Assembly (NCBI GenBank): GCA_964357615.1
Contig: CAYHMC010000002.1
Location: 7,481-71,480, forward strand
DNA from: an uncultured Candidatus Saccharibacteria bacterium
GTDB lineage: Bacteria; Patescibacteriota; Minisyncoccia; UBA6257; JACOXY01
Direction: 5' to 3'
Length of the DNA: 64,000 bases
Shown: positions 10,733-20,461 of the stretch, one piece after another
Layout of the letters: every line of letters begins with the position of its first letter
Position numbering within the stretch: position 1 is the stretch's first letter
Made by a program: the position numbers and the translations under genes
Notes under the pieces: model-generated
What the model was told of the DNA's origin: nothing
Seen by the model: only the letters and a program-made list of their open reading frames with translations
Database searches by the model: none

Positions 10733-11216
10733 TTATTGCAACCAAATGGGTGGCAAAACAATCTTGCCGTTATTAAAATCTTTAGGCAAAGCAACTCTAT
10801 CGCTTAATGCAATATTATCTTCCCATACCACTTCGATTACCGAGACATCTCTAAATTTAAGGTCGGCATACTTGGCCGCATCACTACGAAATTTACTCAC
10901 TAATAATTCTATTCGTCTCGATCTCTCGCTAATCTCGTTAACTAAAACTGGTTTTCTGTCTTCATATACATAGAATAAATAAAGTTTGCTTGCATCTATA
11001 TGATTGACACCAGTCCATCCTTCACCGCATTCCGAAAGCGGAGAATTTCTTAACATTTTTCTCAAAAGCGGGTAAAGAAAATTAATTTGATGTTCTGGAC
11101 CAAAAAATAATAAGTGGCCATCTTTCCTCGCTTGAAACTGGAGAAACTAAAGTTATTGGACTTTCTGGAAAAACAGCATGCAGGGCGATATATTCGATGT
11201 CGTTAAGTCCTAAAAA
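10733..11216 (-). pseudogene. Apparent frameshifted gene (two overlapping reading frames joined at an A6/T6 run near 11103-11108)
   Basis: Frame B (ORF track 10733..11065, TTG start) stays open upstream to a stop at 11149-11147. A second minus-strand frame runs from a TTG at 11216 to a stop at 11084-11082, reading LVELRKFLGLNDIEYIALHAVFPESPITLVSPVSSEERWPLIIFW. The two frames overlap across a homopolymer run (plus 11103-11108 AAAAAA). A one-base indel there would give a single ~165 aa protein of unrecognised family. Confidence 0.35.
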
Positions 11217-11374
11217 TTTTCTTAATTCAACCAAAATATTACCTCATTTTTAAACAAATACTTCCTGAAATATAACAAAAATACGACAAATGACAACCAT
11301 AAAGTTCTTTACAATCTAGAGAAAAAGAAATATACTTTCGGCAGAATTTTTACACAACAAAAGAGAGGGAGTTG

Positions 11375-12940
11375 ATGAAAATCAAAACTCGTTACGATGA
11401 GGTAATAATTGGTGGCGGTCACAATGGACTAGTAGCCGCTAATTATCTCGCAAAAAGTGGACGAAGCGTTTTACTGCTTGAAGCTAGGTCAAACCTTGGT
11501 GGCGCAAGCATCTCGAAACAGCTATTTCCAGAATACCCAGTCAGGCCCTCACGCTACTCATATTTAATAAGTTTATTTCCAAGGCAAATTTTTCGTGAAT
11601 TAGGCATTGAAATGAAACTATTAAATTCCGGACCCGAATACATACCATATACGCTAGACGGCGTGCATGACATGCTATCAATCGACGATGATGATTTTAA
11701 TCCAATTGGTTCAAAACATTTTAGAGATATTGCAGAAAATGAGTTTAATGATTTTAAGGCGCCATACAAGGCTGTTGCTCAAATAATTTATCAAACTTTG
11801 ATGGGACCGCTCCCATCACGAGAAACTATAATAAGAAGATTAGAAAAACAGGGTCTTGGACATGCGTGGGAATTACTAACAGAAATTCCACTTGGAATTA
11901 CTTTAGAGCGAAAAATACAAAGCAACACAATGCGTGGCAAGCCACTATTTACTGCGAAGATTGGAACAATAACTAGCGCACACGACCCATCGCTTCAGCA
12001 AAATAAAACAATGTTACTCCACATGATTGGAGGCGAAGGCACTGGCGATTGGTTTGTTCCGGAAGGTGGTATGGAAGCCCTTATCTCAAAACTAGAAGAA
12101 GGGGCACGGAAGTGTAGTTGCGAAATTCTGACAAATGCTTTGGTTACTAGAGTAGATGCAACACGCCATGGCGTAGAGATAGCTTTCGAATATGATGGCA
12201 AGATTTATCACACAACGGCTAGCAATCTTCTTGCAAACTGTAGTGCTCTAACGCTAGCCAACATCATGGGTAGTGAAACATTGAACGATATCGACGATGG
12301 ATCGTCTTCAACAATCAATATGCTACTTAAGAAATTTCCAATATTTAAAGCCCAGGATGTAGATCCCGCAAAATTATTTACAGGATCAATATACTTCAAT
12401 ATTGGATATAATCAGCTTGAATCAAGTGCCGGGGAAGTAGCAAAAGGGAAATTATCACATCAAATTGGTTTTGAGGTAATGTGTCACTCGGCAGTAGATA
12501 GAACTATTTTTGATGAATCAATTAGAGAGTCTGAAATGCAAACAATTAAAATATTTGCGGTGGACACGCCATATAGCATTTGCGCAAAAGATCCAGAAGG
12601 CACCAGAGAGTCAATTCAAAGAAAATGTCTAGCATCAATTAATAGGCACTTGGCTGAACCAATAGAAGATTATATAGCTTTAAAGAGCGATGGAAGCCTA
12701 TGTATAGAAACACTTACTCCCGTTGACCTCGAAAGAGAGGTTGGTCTTCCAAGAGGTCATATATTTCACGAAGATCCAAAATGGCCATTCTTAGATTCGG
12801 GCAATCGAAGAAATATTTGGGGAGTAGAAACTAAATACAATAATGTTTTTATTTGTGGATCATCTGCAATTCGCGGAGGTTGCGTAAGCGGAATTCCTGG
12901 CAGATCGGCTGCCATTAAAATTTTAAATGCCACTCACTAA
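11375..12940 (+). CDS. FAD/NAD(P)-dependent oxidoreductase, phytoene-desaturase/amine-oxidase-like
   Basis: The N-terminal dinucleotide-binding motif is VIIGGGHNGLVAANYLAKSGRSVLLLEARSNLGGA. An SD-like AGAGAGGGA lies 5-13 nt upstream of the ATG at 11375. The track's TTG at 11372 is an alternative start. Confidence 0.65.
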   Translation: MKIKTRYDEVIIGGGHNGLVAANYLAKSGRSVLLLEARSNLGGASISKQLFPEYPVRPSRYSYLISLFPRQIFRELGIEMKLLNSGPEYIPYTLDGVHDMLSIDDDDFNPIGSKHFRDIAENEFNDFKAPYKAVAQIIYQTLMGPLPSRETIIRRLEKQGLGHAWELLTEIPLGITLERKIQSNTMRGKPLFTAKIGTITSAHDPSLQQNKTMLLHMIGGEGTGDWFVPEGGMEALISKLEEGARKCSCEILTNALVTRVDATRHGVEIAFEYDGKIYHTTASNLLANCSALTLANIMGSETLNDIDDGSSSTINMLLKKFPIFKAQDVDPAKLFTGSIYFNIGYNQLESSAGEVAKGKLSHQIGFEVMCHSAVDRTIFDESIRESEMQTIKIFAVDTPYSICAKDPEGTRESIQRKCLASINRHLAEPIEDYIALKSDGSLCIETLTPVDLEREVGLPRGHIFHEDPKWPFLDSGNRRNIWGVETKYNNVFICGSSAIRGGCVSGIPGRSAAIKILNATH

Positions 12941-12957
12941 TTTTTGAGTGGTTTTTT
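12930..12957 (+). terminator. Rho-independent terminator (stop codon in loop)
   Basis: ccactca-CTAATTTT-tgagtgg followed by TTTTTT. The TAA stop of the oxidoreductase gene (12938-12940) lies in the loop. Confidence 0.5.
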
Positions 12958-12965
12958 ATTAATAG

Positions 12966-12999
12966 AAATAAAATAAAAACTCCGACATAATAGTCGGAG
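12966..12999 (-). terminator. Rho-independent terminator downstream of spoVR
   Basis: Minus strand has a ctccgac-TATTAT-gtcggag hairpin followed by TTTTTATTTTATTTC. It is convergent with the plus-strand terminator at 12930. Confidence 0.5.
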
Positions 13000-13022
13000 C
13001 GTAATACATTATTTTATTAAAA

Positions 13023-14519
13023 CTAAGAAAGTATTTTGGCGTCCTTAGGCGATTTAGCGCTAAATCCCTTTTCATTAAAAATTAATACTTTACGGTCGCC
13101 AGAAATATTTGTTTCTAGACAAACAGTGCCTTTCCACAAAAAATGAATAAGTTCCATTGTTTTTTTAGCATAATCAATTAATAAATCTCTACCATCATGG
13201 TCATGCGAAAGATAAAGCATACGACTACCACCCACATTCCCATCTACAACTTTAATAACTGGAATTCCATTTGTACCAATGTTTTTAAGAAGAGTATCTT
13301 TGATTTTCTTAGCACCACTTACACCTGCGACTTCAGAAACAATCATCTTGTCGTCTTTTGCGCGCCACTCAAATAAATCAAGCTCACGAATAAGGTTTTC
13401 GTTTAAAAATCTTCGGAGAAATGAGATGTCGCGATCAGCACTACGAACTTCAAATATTTTTTGTCGTCCAGTTAGTTTTCCTAAATCTCCTGGAGCGCCG
13501 TTACAATCGTATTCAATTTGATGGTCCTCACAAATCTTACCAGTCATTGCCTCGTCATATCTATGACAAACATCTGTCCAGACTGCAAGTCCAACATGAT
13601 ATGGGTTTAATCCGTTTTTTATTGGTCTAACAACCTGATTGTGCCTTACCATAAACTCCATCATTTGCCCTTCTGGTAATTTTCCTTCATTTGCAAGTGC
13701 AACTAAAATTTCTCTGTGCCAATAACTTGCCCAACCTTCATTCATTATCTTGGTATCAATTTGAGGAATAAAATATTGCGCTTCTTCGTGGACTATCTGC
13801 AATAACTTTTTCTGCCAATCTTTTAAGAATGGATTGTGGTTAGCAATAAAAAGTAAAATATCTTCATCTGGAACTGGAGGAACTCTTTGAAGATCTGGTT
13901 CGATAAATTCTTCCCGTTTGTGAAGCCTGAAAAATGGGTCGTTTTTGGGTTGTGCAATATCAAACAATCTATCCCGCTCTTCTTTTATAGAGAGCTTTTT
14001 TATACCCAAATTCCTTCTACACTGAAGGGATAAAGCATGAGCGGCATCAAGAGTTTGCTCAACTGCCTCTGCGCCAATTGATGGATCTTCGCAAAATTTT
14101 CTCACAAGATTTGCATGCGCCTTAAACTTTGAAAGAGTATTATGAGCTTCAGTGCTCTGAAATGTGAAATTATTTTTAAAGAAATCGTTGTGTCCATATA
14201 CATGCGCAATAGTCAAAATCTGAAGACATAACGAATTATCTCTCATTAAATATGCAATCGCTGGGTCTGAATTGATGACCATTTCGTATGGAAGTCCGGA
14301 AATGCCATAATCGTACATCGTTTTAGTTCTTTCGTACGCTTTGCCGTATGACCAATGTGGATAATGGCTTGGAATGCCAGAATACGCCATAAAACCCAGC
14401 ATTTCGCTTTGGTCACAAATATGGAATTCTTGTTCATAACAATCAAGTCCAAATTCTTTAGCCTTAGAAAATGCATTAGAATCCCAATATTCCAAATCAT
14501 CTACATTCCAATCGGTCAT
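13023..14519 (-). CDS. spoVR: SpoVR-like protein (YcgB family)
   Basis: 498 aa. It is the third gene of the conserved prkA-yhbH-spoVR triad. Its size and position fit the SpoVR/YcgB family. It overlaps the upstream gene by 4 nt, suggesting translational coupling. Confidence 0.75.
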   Translation of the reverse strand: MTDWNVDDLEYWDSNAFSKAKEFGLDCYEQEFHICDQSEMLGFMAYSGIPSHYPHWSYGKAYERTKTMYDYGISGLPYEMVINSDPAIAYLMRDNSLCLQILTIAHVYGHNDFFKNNFTFQSTEAHNTLSKFKAHANLVRKFCEDPSIGAEAVEQTLDAAHALSLQCRRNLGIKKLSIKEERDRLFDIAQPKNDPFFRLHKREEFIEPDLQRVPPVPDEDILLFIANHNPFLKDWQKKLLQIVHEEAQYFIPQIDTKIMNEGWASYWHREILVALANEGKLPEGQMMEFMVRHNQVVRPIKNGLNPYHVGLAVWTDVCHRYDEAMTGKICEDHQIEYDCNGAPGDLGKLTGRQKIFEVRSADRDISFLRRFLNENLIRELDLFEWRAKDDKMIVSEVAGVSGAKKIKDTLLKNIGTNGIPVIKVVDGNVGGSRMLYLSHDHDGRDLLIDYAKKTMELIHFLWKGTVCLETNISGDRKVLIFNEKGFSAKSPKDAKILS

Positions 14520-15805
14520 TTTGTTACCTCCTTAGTGAGCAACTGCCTAAAAGATTCCCAAACATCTTCTTTTTTAACTATAGATACTGCCTCAAAGTTA
14601 TCTGCTTTTAACTTCTTAAAAATTTCAAACATAGATGATTCATAGCTTCTATTGGTTGGCTTAATTTCTCCATAACCAAAAAGGTTAGCTACACTACAAA
14701 GCTTTTCCGCGGCCTTAAGCGTTGCCTCATTATCAGATTCATGATTATCACCATCTGAACAATGAAATGCGTAGATATTCCAAAGTGATGGATGATAGCG
14801 GTCGGCAATAATTTCTAAAGCTTTTACATAAGCCGACGAAATAAATGTTCCACCTGACTCACCTTTCGTAAAGAATTCTTGTTCAGTTACTTCTTTTGCT
14901 TCTGTATGATGTGCAATAAAAACAATTTCTACTTTTTGATACTTTGTTTTGATAAATTGAAAAAGTAAAAAGAAAAATGATCTCGCTAAATATTTCTTCA
15001 TTGTATCCATTGACCCAGAAGTATCCATCATACATATAACTACTGCATTTGATTCTTCTTTCGTCTTAGGCACAAAGTGCCTATAAACAAGGTCATCAGT
15101 GTGAAATGGGAATCTCTTTTTCCCAGATATTAAATCACTATGAGTTTCATAACGCTTTTCAAGCGCCTTTATTGATTCCCTAGCTTTTTTAGCATGCTCA
15201 TCACTTCCCGTTGCGATTGCAAGACCAATTTCCTCAACAATCTTTCTTTCATTTCCATGAATTGAGTCTGTCGTAAGTCTTCTCTTTATGCGAGCTATCG
15301 CTGATTTCTTTTTATCTAGACGAGCCCTAATTCCCTTTTTGCGATTTCCTTTATGTTTTCTAGTGCGCTGTGATTCAATCATGCGCAATGCTTTTCTCTC
15401 CATTTCGGGTAATTCAAGATCATCAAACATTATCCCTATTAATTCCTCAAGCGTAATTTCAGTTTCATAATATTCTGCTCCCGGCTCATCACCAGCCTCA
15501 CCTTCCCCACTTTTTCCTTCTTTAGGTATTTTTCCAACAACATCGCCAGGCGAAGCTGAACCCTTGCCATCGCCCTGCGCAACACCGCCACTGTTATCAC
15601 CATAAGAAAATCTATATTCTTTTATGCCACGAACAGGAACTTTAATTATTTTATCCGAGCTTCTTCCAATTATTGATTCTTCAGAAATTATATCGGCAAT
15701 ATTTTTTTGAATCGACTCTCGAATTTTCTGTCTATGTCGCGTCCTATCTCCTGCGCTACGATCACTTTTTTGAGCTATTGGTGTTTCACTATGAAAAATA
15801 GCCAT
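14516..15805 (-). CDS. yhbH: DUF444/UPF0229 protein (YhbH/YeaH family)
   Basis: 429 aa. It has an acidic/Gly-rich low-complexity middle region and a C-terminal vWA-like region (ICMMDTSGSM is a MIDAS-like DxSxS). It is the middle gene of the prkA triad. Confidence 0.75.
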   Translation of the reverse strand: MAIFHSETPIAQKSDRSAGDRTRHRQKIRESIQKNIADIISEESIIGRSSDKIIKVPVRGIKEYRFSYGDNSGGVAQGDGKGSASPGDVVGKIPKEGKSGEGEAGDEPGAEYYETEITLEELIGIMFDDLELPEMERKALRMIESQRTRKHKGNRKKGIRARLDKKKSAIARIKRRLTTDSIHGNERKIVEEIGLAIATGSDEHAKKARESIKALEKRYETHSDLISGKKRFPFHTDDLVYRHFVPKTKEESNAVVICMMDTSGSMDTMKKYLARSFFFLLFQFIKTKYQKVEIVFIAHHTEAKEVTEQEFFTKGESGGTFISSAYVKALEIIADRYHPSLWNIYAFHCSDGDNHESDNEATLKAAEKLCSVANLFGYGEIKPTNRSYESSMFEIFKKLKADNFEAVSIVKKEDVWESFRQLLTKEVTK

Positions 15806-15904
15806 TTTTTGTTATCCAGTTTTAAACAACTGTTTACACCGTAACAAAATTATATGGCGTTAGTCAAAGGTGAATAAATCTTAAAATAATTCGTTGCTTT
15901 TTTG

Positions 15905-15937
15905 AATAAAATAAAAAACCGAGATTTAAACCTCGGT
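15905..15937 (-). terminator. Rho-independent terminator downstream of prkA
   Basis: Minus strand reads accgag-GTTTAAAT-ctcggt followed by TTTTTTATTTTATT. It lies 28 nt after the prkA stop. Confidence 0.45.
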
Positions 15938-15964
15938 ATATTTCAAATTAAATGGAAGATTGAA

Positions 15965-17896
15965 TTAATCCTTCCAAAGATTATTAGCAGCATATTTCAA
16001 GACTACATCAACGCATGTCTTACAATAACCATTCTCAATCATATTTGTAACCATAGTATCGTATTTTTCTGTTTGCTCTTCATCTCTAGTTCGCGCTTTT
16101 GTGATAATGCGACAAATATCACGAACTGATGTCATAAGCTTCTTCTCTATAGCCTCCCTAAGTGGCTCATAGCTCTTAAATGAGAGCTTATCGCCTCTTC
16201 GGGTTACACTCCAAAGATAAGCAATGACCTCTTGCCGAAATCCATCAGCAGCAGAACCAATAATCGCAATCTGTTCTTCGATTGATTTTAGGAGGCCTTC
16301 ATCTGGCTGGAGTTCTTCTTTGGTGTTCTTGTCCTTAACTTTAGTCTTATTAACATAAGCTTCGGCGTGATCAAGATAATTTTGAAAAAGCGAATCGGCT
16401 TGTTCCTGATATGCAAAAACGAAAGATTTTGTAATTTCTTTTTCTAAAATATCTAGATATTCTTTATGCACTATATTCTGTAAGAGTTCTAAATATACTT
16501 TTCTTGTATCGTCCGGCAAATCGGCTTCTTTTACCATAGCAAGAAGAGCTTCGCGAACATTAATAGGATTTATGCACGCTCCATCAATATTGTCTGACAA
16601 TGCATTGTCCAGCGCCTTCATAATAAAGCGAGTTGAAATTCCATTCATGCCTTCGCGCTTGGTATCTTCTTTAAGTTCACGCACATCAATTTTTTTAGTT
16701 TTTCCTTTTTCGACAACTTCTTCGCCGTTATAAAGCTTCAATTTTGTAAGGATGTCGCACTTATTACTTGCCTCAAGACGAGATAGAATAGCGAACATAG
16801 ATGCAATCTCTAAGGTATGCGGAGCAACATGTGCCCGAAAACTAGATTTCTTTATAACCTTTTGATAAATCTTTACCTCTTCTGATAATCGAAGATTATA
16901 AGGCACCTTAACGACCACAACGCGGTCAAGCAAAGCTTCATTTGTGTGATCTGCTTTAAATTTTTGCCATTCGGCTTCATTTGAATGTGCGATAATTGCA
17001 GCATCAACATAAATCATACCGTGCCTACCGGGCGCAGGAATAATTTTCTCTTGCGTAGCAGTAATCATTGCATGAAGATATTCAGTTTCGTTTTTAAATA
17101 CCTCAATAAATTCCACCATACCTCGATTGCCGACATTTAACGCGCCGTTTAGATCAAGAACTCTTGGATCGCCTTCTGGATAAGTATCCAGCTTTGAAAT
17201 ATCTTCCGAGCCAATCAAAACAGAAGTGTCTTGATTATTAGGATCAACTGGTGGGACAATTCCGATACCAATACGATTACGCTTAGAAAAATTTAATTTA
17301 ACAACGGGCATTTCTTCATACCTACCCCCATGAACATCTTTTAACTTAAAACGACATACGGGACAAAGATCACCTTCAATAGTGACATTCAGATATTCAC
17401 AAAATTGTTTCTGTAAATGCCTTGGAACAAGATGAAGTGGCTCTTCGTGCATTGGGCAACCTTCAATTGCATAGAACGCATTTGATTCAAGACCAGACTT
17501 TATCTTTTCTGCTAAAGAACTTTTGCCAGAACCAACAGGTCCCATAAAATAAAGAACTTGCCGAGATTCCTCGCCTCTTAAAGAAGCTGCATGGAAATAT
17601 CTCACTATCTGACTAATTGGTTTTTCCATACCAAAAAACTCATCACGGAAAAAATTAAAAATTTTTATTTCTTCATCTTTGAATTGCTTTTTAAGACCAC
17701 GGTCACCGCGTTCATTACCGCTTACTGAGCCATCTTTAACAATGATGTCGTAAATTCTGGCATGCGAAAGACTAACAATACTTGGATTTTCCTTAACAAC
17801 TTCCAAATATTGTAAAAAAGTTCCCTTCCAAGACTTTCGTTCTTTATTTTTATGATCTTCACGAATAAGTGACTCCAGATGACCAGATTCACTCAT
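15965..17896 (-). CDS. prkA: PrkA-family serine protein kinase (AAA+ N-domain)
   Basis: 643 aa. The N-terminal Walker A is YFMGPVGSGKSSLAEKIK, and the length and architecture are typical of PrkA/YeaG. It is the first gene of the triad. Confidence 0.85.
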   Translation of the reverse strand: MSESGHLESLIREDHKNKERKSWKGTFLQYLEVVKENPSIVSLSHARIYDIIVKDGSVSGNERGDRGLKKQFKDEEIKIFNFFRDEFFGMEKPISQIVRYFHAASLRGEESRQVLYFMGPVGSGKSSLAEKIKSGLESNAFYAIEGCPMHEEPLHLVPRHLQKQFCEYLNVTIEGDLCPVCRFKLKDVHGGRYEEMPVVKLNFSKRNRIGIGIVPPVDPNNQDTSVLIGSEDISKLDTYPEGDPRVLDLNGALNVGNRGMVEFIEVFKNETEYLHAMITATQEKIIPAPGRHGMIYVDAAIIAHSNEAEWQKFKADHTNEALLDRVVVVKVPYNLRLSEEVKIYQKVIKKSSFRAHVAPHTLEIASMFAILSRLEASNKCDILTKLKLYNGEEVVEKGKTKKIDVRELKEDTKREGMNGISTRFIMKALDNALSDNIDGACINPINVREALLAMVKEADLPDDTRKVYLELLQNIVHKEYLDILEKEITKSFVFAYQEQADSLFQNYLDHAEAYVNKTKVKDKNTKEELQPDEGLLKSIEEQIAIIGSAADGFRQEVIAYLWSVTRRGDKLSFKSYEPLREAIEKKLMTSVRDICRIITKARTRDEEQTEKYDTMVTNMIENGYCKTCVDVVLKYAANNLWKD

Positions 17897-18001
17897 AATA
17901 CTTCCTTCCTTTTGTGCTTGTCGAATTTAAAATACTACAAACACTATTGCAAAGAGGATGCTATATGTCAACTTAAACAATTCTAAAATAAATGATTATT
18001 A

Positions 18002-20317
18002 CTACAAAGATGGATAACCTGCAAAATCATCTACATAAGTATCTATTGTTCTTGTTGGGTCAGTATCTAAAACACCAAACATCCATCTATTTTCTTGACT
18101 ATTGTACCATGAAGGAGTGCACGTTGACGGAGCTGAATATGATGTTTGAGCTATAATAGGTGTACCTGATTGCTCTAAATCTTTCAAAGTTCCCGCAATA
18201 TCAAGCCCCATATCATTACGCTGAACAATTTGTGCGCTTAATCTATACCAGCGACCTGCATAAAATCCACCAGAAATTGGAGAGAAGTTAAATAAATTAT
18301 TTGAAGAACTATCACAGCCAGCCGGTTGACCATTCATATCAAGGTTATCTGTATACTTTTGAAATTGAATTACTATCCTTCCAGCATTGCCGGCATCGTG
18401 AAATATATCAGCTCCAATCCTACCTAAGACATCAACAGTATATGGTTCTCCAGTAATTGGTCTTCTGTAAGCCGGAAAAAGTGCTAAATGATTCCAACCT
18501 GCAAAACTAGAACTTGGTATCATAAAAGAAACTTCTGCCGTTCTTAAGTTGGGATATGGAGTATTTTTATACCACTCCATAGCCACACCATTATTTGTTG
18601 AGCTTGTAACAATTAACGCAGACTTTCCATTGCTAAGAGATGATCCATTACAAACCGGGTGCACTGATGGCTCTACTGTTGCGTCAAACCATTTGCCCCA
18701 ACGCCTTGTCCATAAACCGCCGGTTGTTGAAAGATTTGAGTCGCACACTGAACTTAACTGTGGCGTTACCTGCACAATATTTAGAGCTGAGCTACTACCC
18801 TCTGGAACCCATCCAACAATACCAGCGCCAATAAATTCTACCCTCCACCACTTCATATCTCCTGGTGTTATTGGACCCTCTCTAACTATGCCCTGCGTAT
18901 TTGCACCAACAGTTCCAACAATGGTCTGACCACCAGGAATGGATTTCACGCTAAGACTTGGAACTCCAACACGAACATATTGACCAATAGCTACTGGTGA
19001 AATATTGGATAAATAATTTTCAATAGAATAACCATTAATTCCATTAATTGCGGCACTCCAATTTAATATTCTCCAGTTACTACCTTCATTAGGTATACTC
19101 ACGCTATTCACAGTTCCTAAATTATCTGAAGCTACAACACCAACTATGGGACTAGATAGTGACGCACTTGCACGTATATTTAAAATAGGGACATTTGGTC
19201 TAATACGATCTCCAACTAAAATAGAAATTTGCGGTGTAGGTGTTGGCAAAGAACCAACAGTAAAATATTTTGGTCCGGCAAAAGTCATTCTTTCGCCATT
19301 CAAATCGAAAACTTCAGCAAAAAAAGTATGAGCTCCCTTTACGGTAGATGTTGTTATTGGAACAGAAAAACTATAAGGATAGGTCGCATCATCACTAATT
19401 GGCACTACTGTATCTCCACCAGAAAATTGAACACGACTAACTTGATTAGTTCCGGTAATTGTTATACCCCCTATTAATGTTTGGCCAGGATAAATAGTGC
19501 TTGAATTTGTAGTGAGAGTATAAGTAATTGGAGTTGGGATCGGTGTTGGAGATGGAGATAAAATTATCAATGTAAAAATTGTAGACCTAGAAATAGTGCT
19601 ATCGTTATTTTTTGTATTAACAGCAATATTATAGGTTCCGGGAGATGCCGATGCAGATATGTGTAAACCCATAATAATCACACAACTAGGCTGTGGCACA
19701 CAGTAGATTAATCTATTGCCTATAACTGTATCTGCTGTTACGCCACTTGGTAGACCACTAACAGAATTAACATAGACTTGCTCAGAGCCAGACCCATAAG
19801 ATGCAATGGAATTTACATTGATACTAACAGACGCGTTACTTGGTCGTGCCATTGTAATTGAATTTGGAGTTATTGTGGCTGTGTATGTATATACATCAGA
19901 AGCTAAATTAGAATAAGGCGAATAGGAAATAGAAGCTCCAGAACCAGAGTAGGCACGCATCCTATAGCAATAAGCATAAGTATTACTTGGAATATCATTT
20001 GAGCGTGAGCGAGTTGATTTACTTGTTATACTTTCAACCACTACAAATCCTGAAGCACAAGTATTGTCTGATGTTCTTTCTATTTTGAATCCCGAGTGTG
20101 CAGTTCCTGAATATTGCCAGTCAAGCCTTATGCGAGAAGAAGAGGTTCTTCTTGCTGTAAGATTTATGGGAGCAGATAGAGTAGTCTGAGGGACAATTTG
20201 GGTAAGAAGATTATTTGATACCCCGTTCACACCAAGATCTATAAAAATTATAAAAAAGGCGACACCAAAAGTAACCATTATGAATCTTGTAAATCCTATA
20301 TGCGTTTTTTTAAACAT
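18002..20317 (-). CDS. Large cell-surface protein: signal anchor, FN3-like domain, Ser/Thr-rich region, SH3b-like and LamG-like C-terminal domains
   Basis: 771 aa. N-terminal TM (FIMVTFGVAFFIIFIDL). FN3-like segment (APINLTARRTSSSRIRLDWQYSGTAHSGFKIERTSD). Long S/T/P-rich linker (PSPTPIPTPITYTLTT). SH3b-like segment (GQYVRVGVPSLSVKSIPGG...MKWWRVEFIGAGIVGWVPEGS). The C-terminus is concanavalin-like. Confidence 0.5.
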   Translation of the reverse strand: MFKKTHIGFTRFIMVTFGVAFFIIFIDLGVNGVSNNLLTQIVPQTTLSAPINLTARRTSSSRIRLDWQYSGTAHSGFKIERTSDNTCASGFVVVESITSKSTRSRSNDIPSNTYAYCYRMRAYSGSGASISYSPYSNLASDVYTYTATITPNSITMARPSNASVSINVNSIASYGSGSEQVYVNSVSGLPSGVTADTVIGNRLIYCVPQPSCVIIMGLHISASASPGTYNIAVNTKNNDSTISRSTIFTLIILSPSPTPIPTPITYTLTTNSSTIYPGQTLIGGITITGTNQVSRVQFSGGDTVVPISDDATYPYSFSVPITTSTVKGAHTFFAEVFDLNGERMTFAGPKYFTVGSLPTPTPQISILVGDRIRPNVPILNIRASASLSSPIVGVVASDNLGTVNSVSIPNEGSNWRILNWSAAINGINGYSIENYLSNISPVAIGQYVRVGVPSLSVKSIPGGQTIVGTVGANTQGIVREGPITPGDMKWWRVEFIGAGIVGWVPEGSSSALNIVQVTPQLSSVCDSNLSTTGGLWTRRWGKWFDATVEPSVHPVCNGSSLSNGKSALIVTSSTNNGVAMEWYKNTPYPNLRTAEVSFMIPSSSFAGWNHLALFPAYRRPITGEPYTVDVLGRIGADIFHDAGNAGRIVIQFQKYTDNLDMNGQPAGCDSSSNNLFNFSPISGGFYAGRWYRLSAQIVQRNDMGLDIAGTLKDLEQSGTPIIAQTSYSAPSTCTPSWYNSQENRWMFGVLDTDPTRTIDTYVDDFAGYPSL

Positions 20318-20372
20318 AAAAAAGTTTATAAAGACATTAGCTACGACAATTATTTAAGATTAATACTTAAAT

Positions 20373-20399
20373 ACTACCATTATATATAACAATGGTAGT
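20373..20399 (-). terminator. Hairpin (9-bp stem) between gatB and surface-protein gene; possible gatB terminator with weak U-tract
   Basis: actaccatt-ATATATAAC-aatggtagt is a perfect 9-bp stem. The downstream minus-strand sequence is ATTTAAGTATT, which is only moderately U-rich. Confidence 0.3.
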
Positions 20400-20461
20400 T
20401 GTGAATAAGTTTAATGAGGTAAATAATTATTAAAGACAATTATAACTAAACAGCCCTTCAG

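Noticed and set aside
11082-11149. Programmed ribosomal frameshift (prfB-like) at the overlapping frames
   Set aside because: There is no CUU-UGA-C type shifty stop or upstream SD-like stimulator. The overlap spans a plain homopolymer run, consistent with mutation or sequencing error.
18549-19477. Plus-strand ORFs (61-126 aa) inside the surface-protein gene
   Set aside because: They are antisense to the 771-aa gene and lack start context or motifs. They are spurious.
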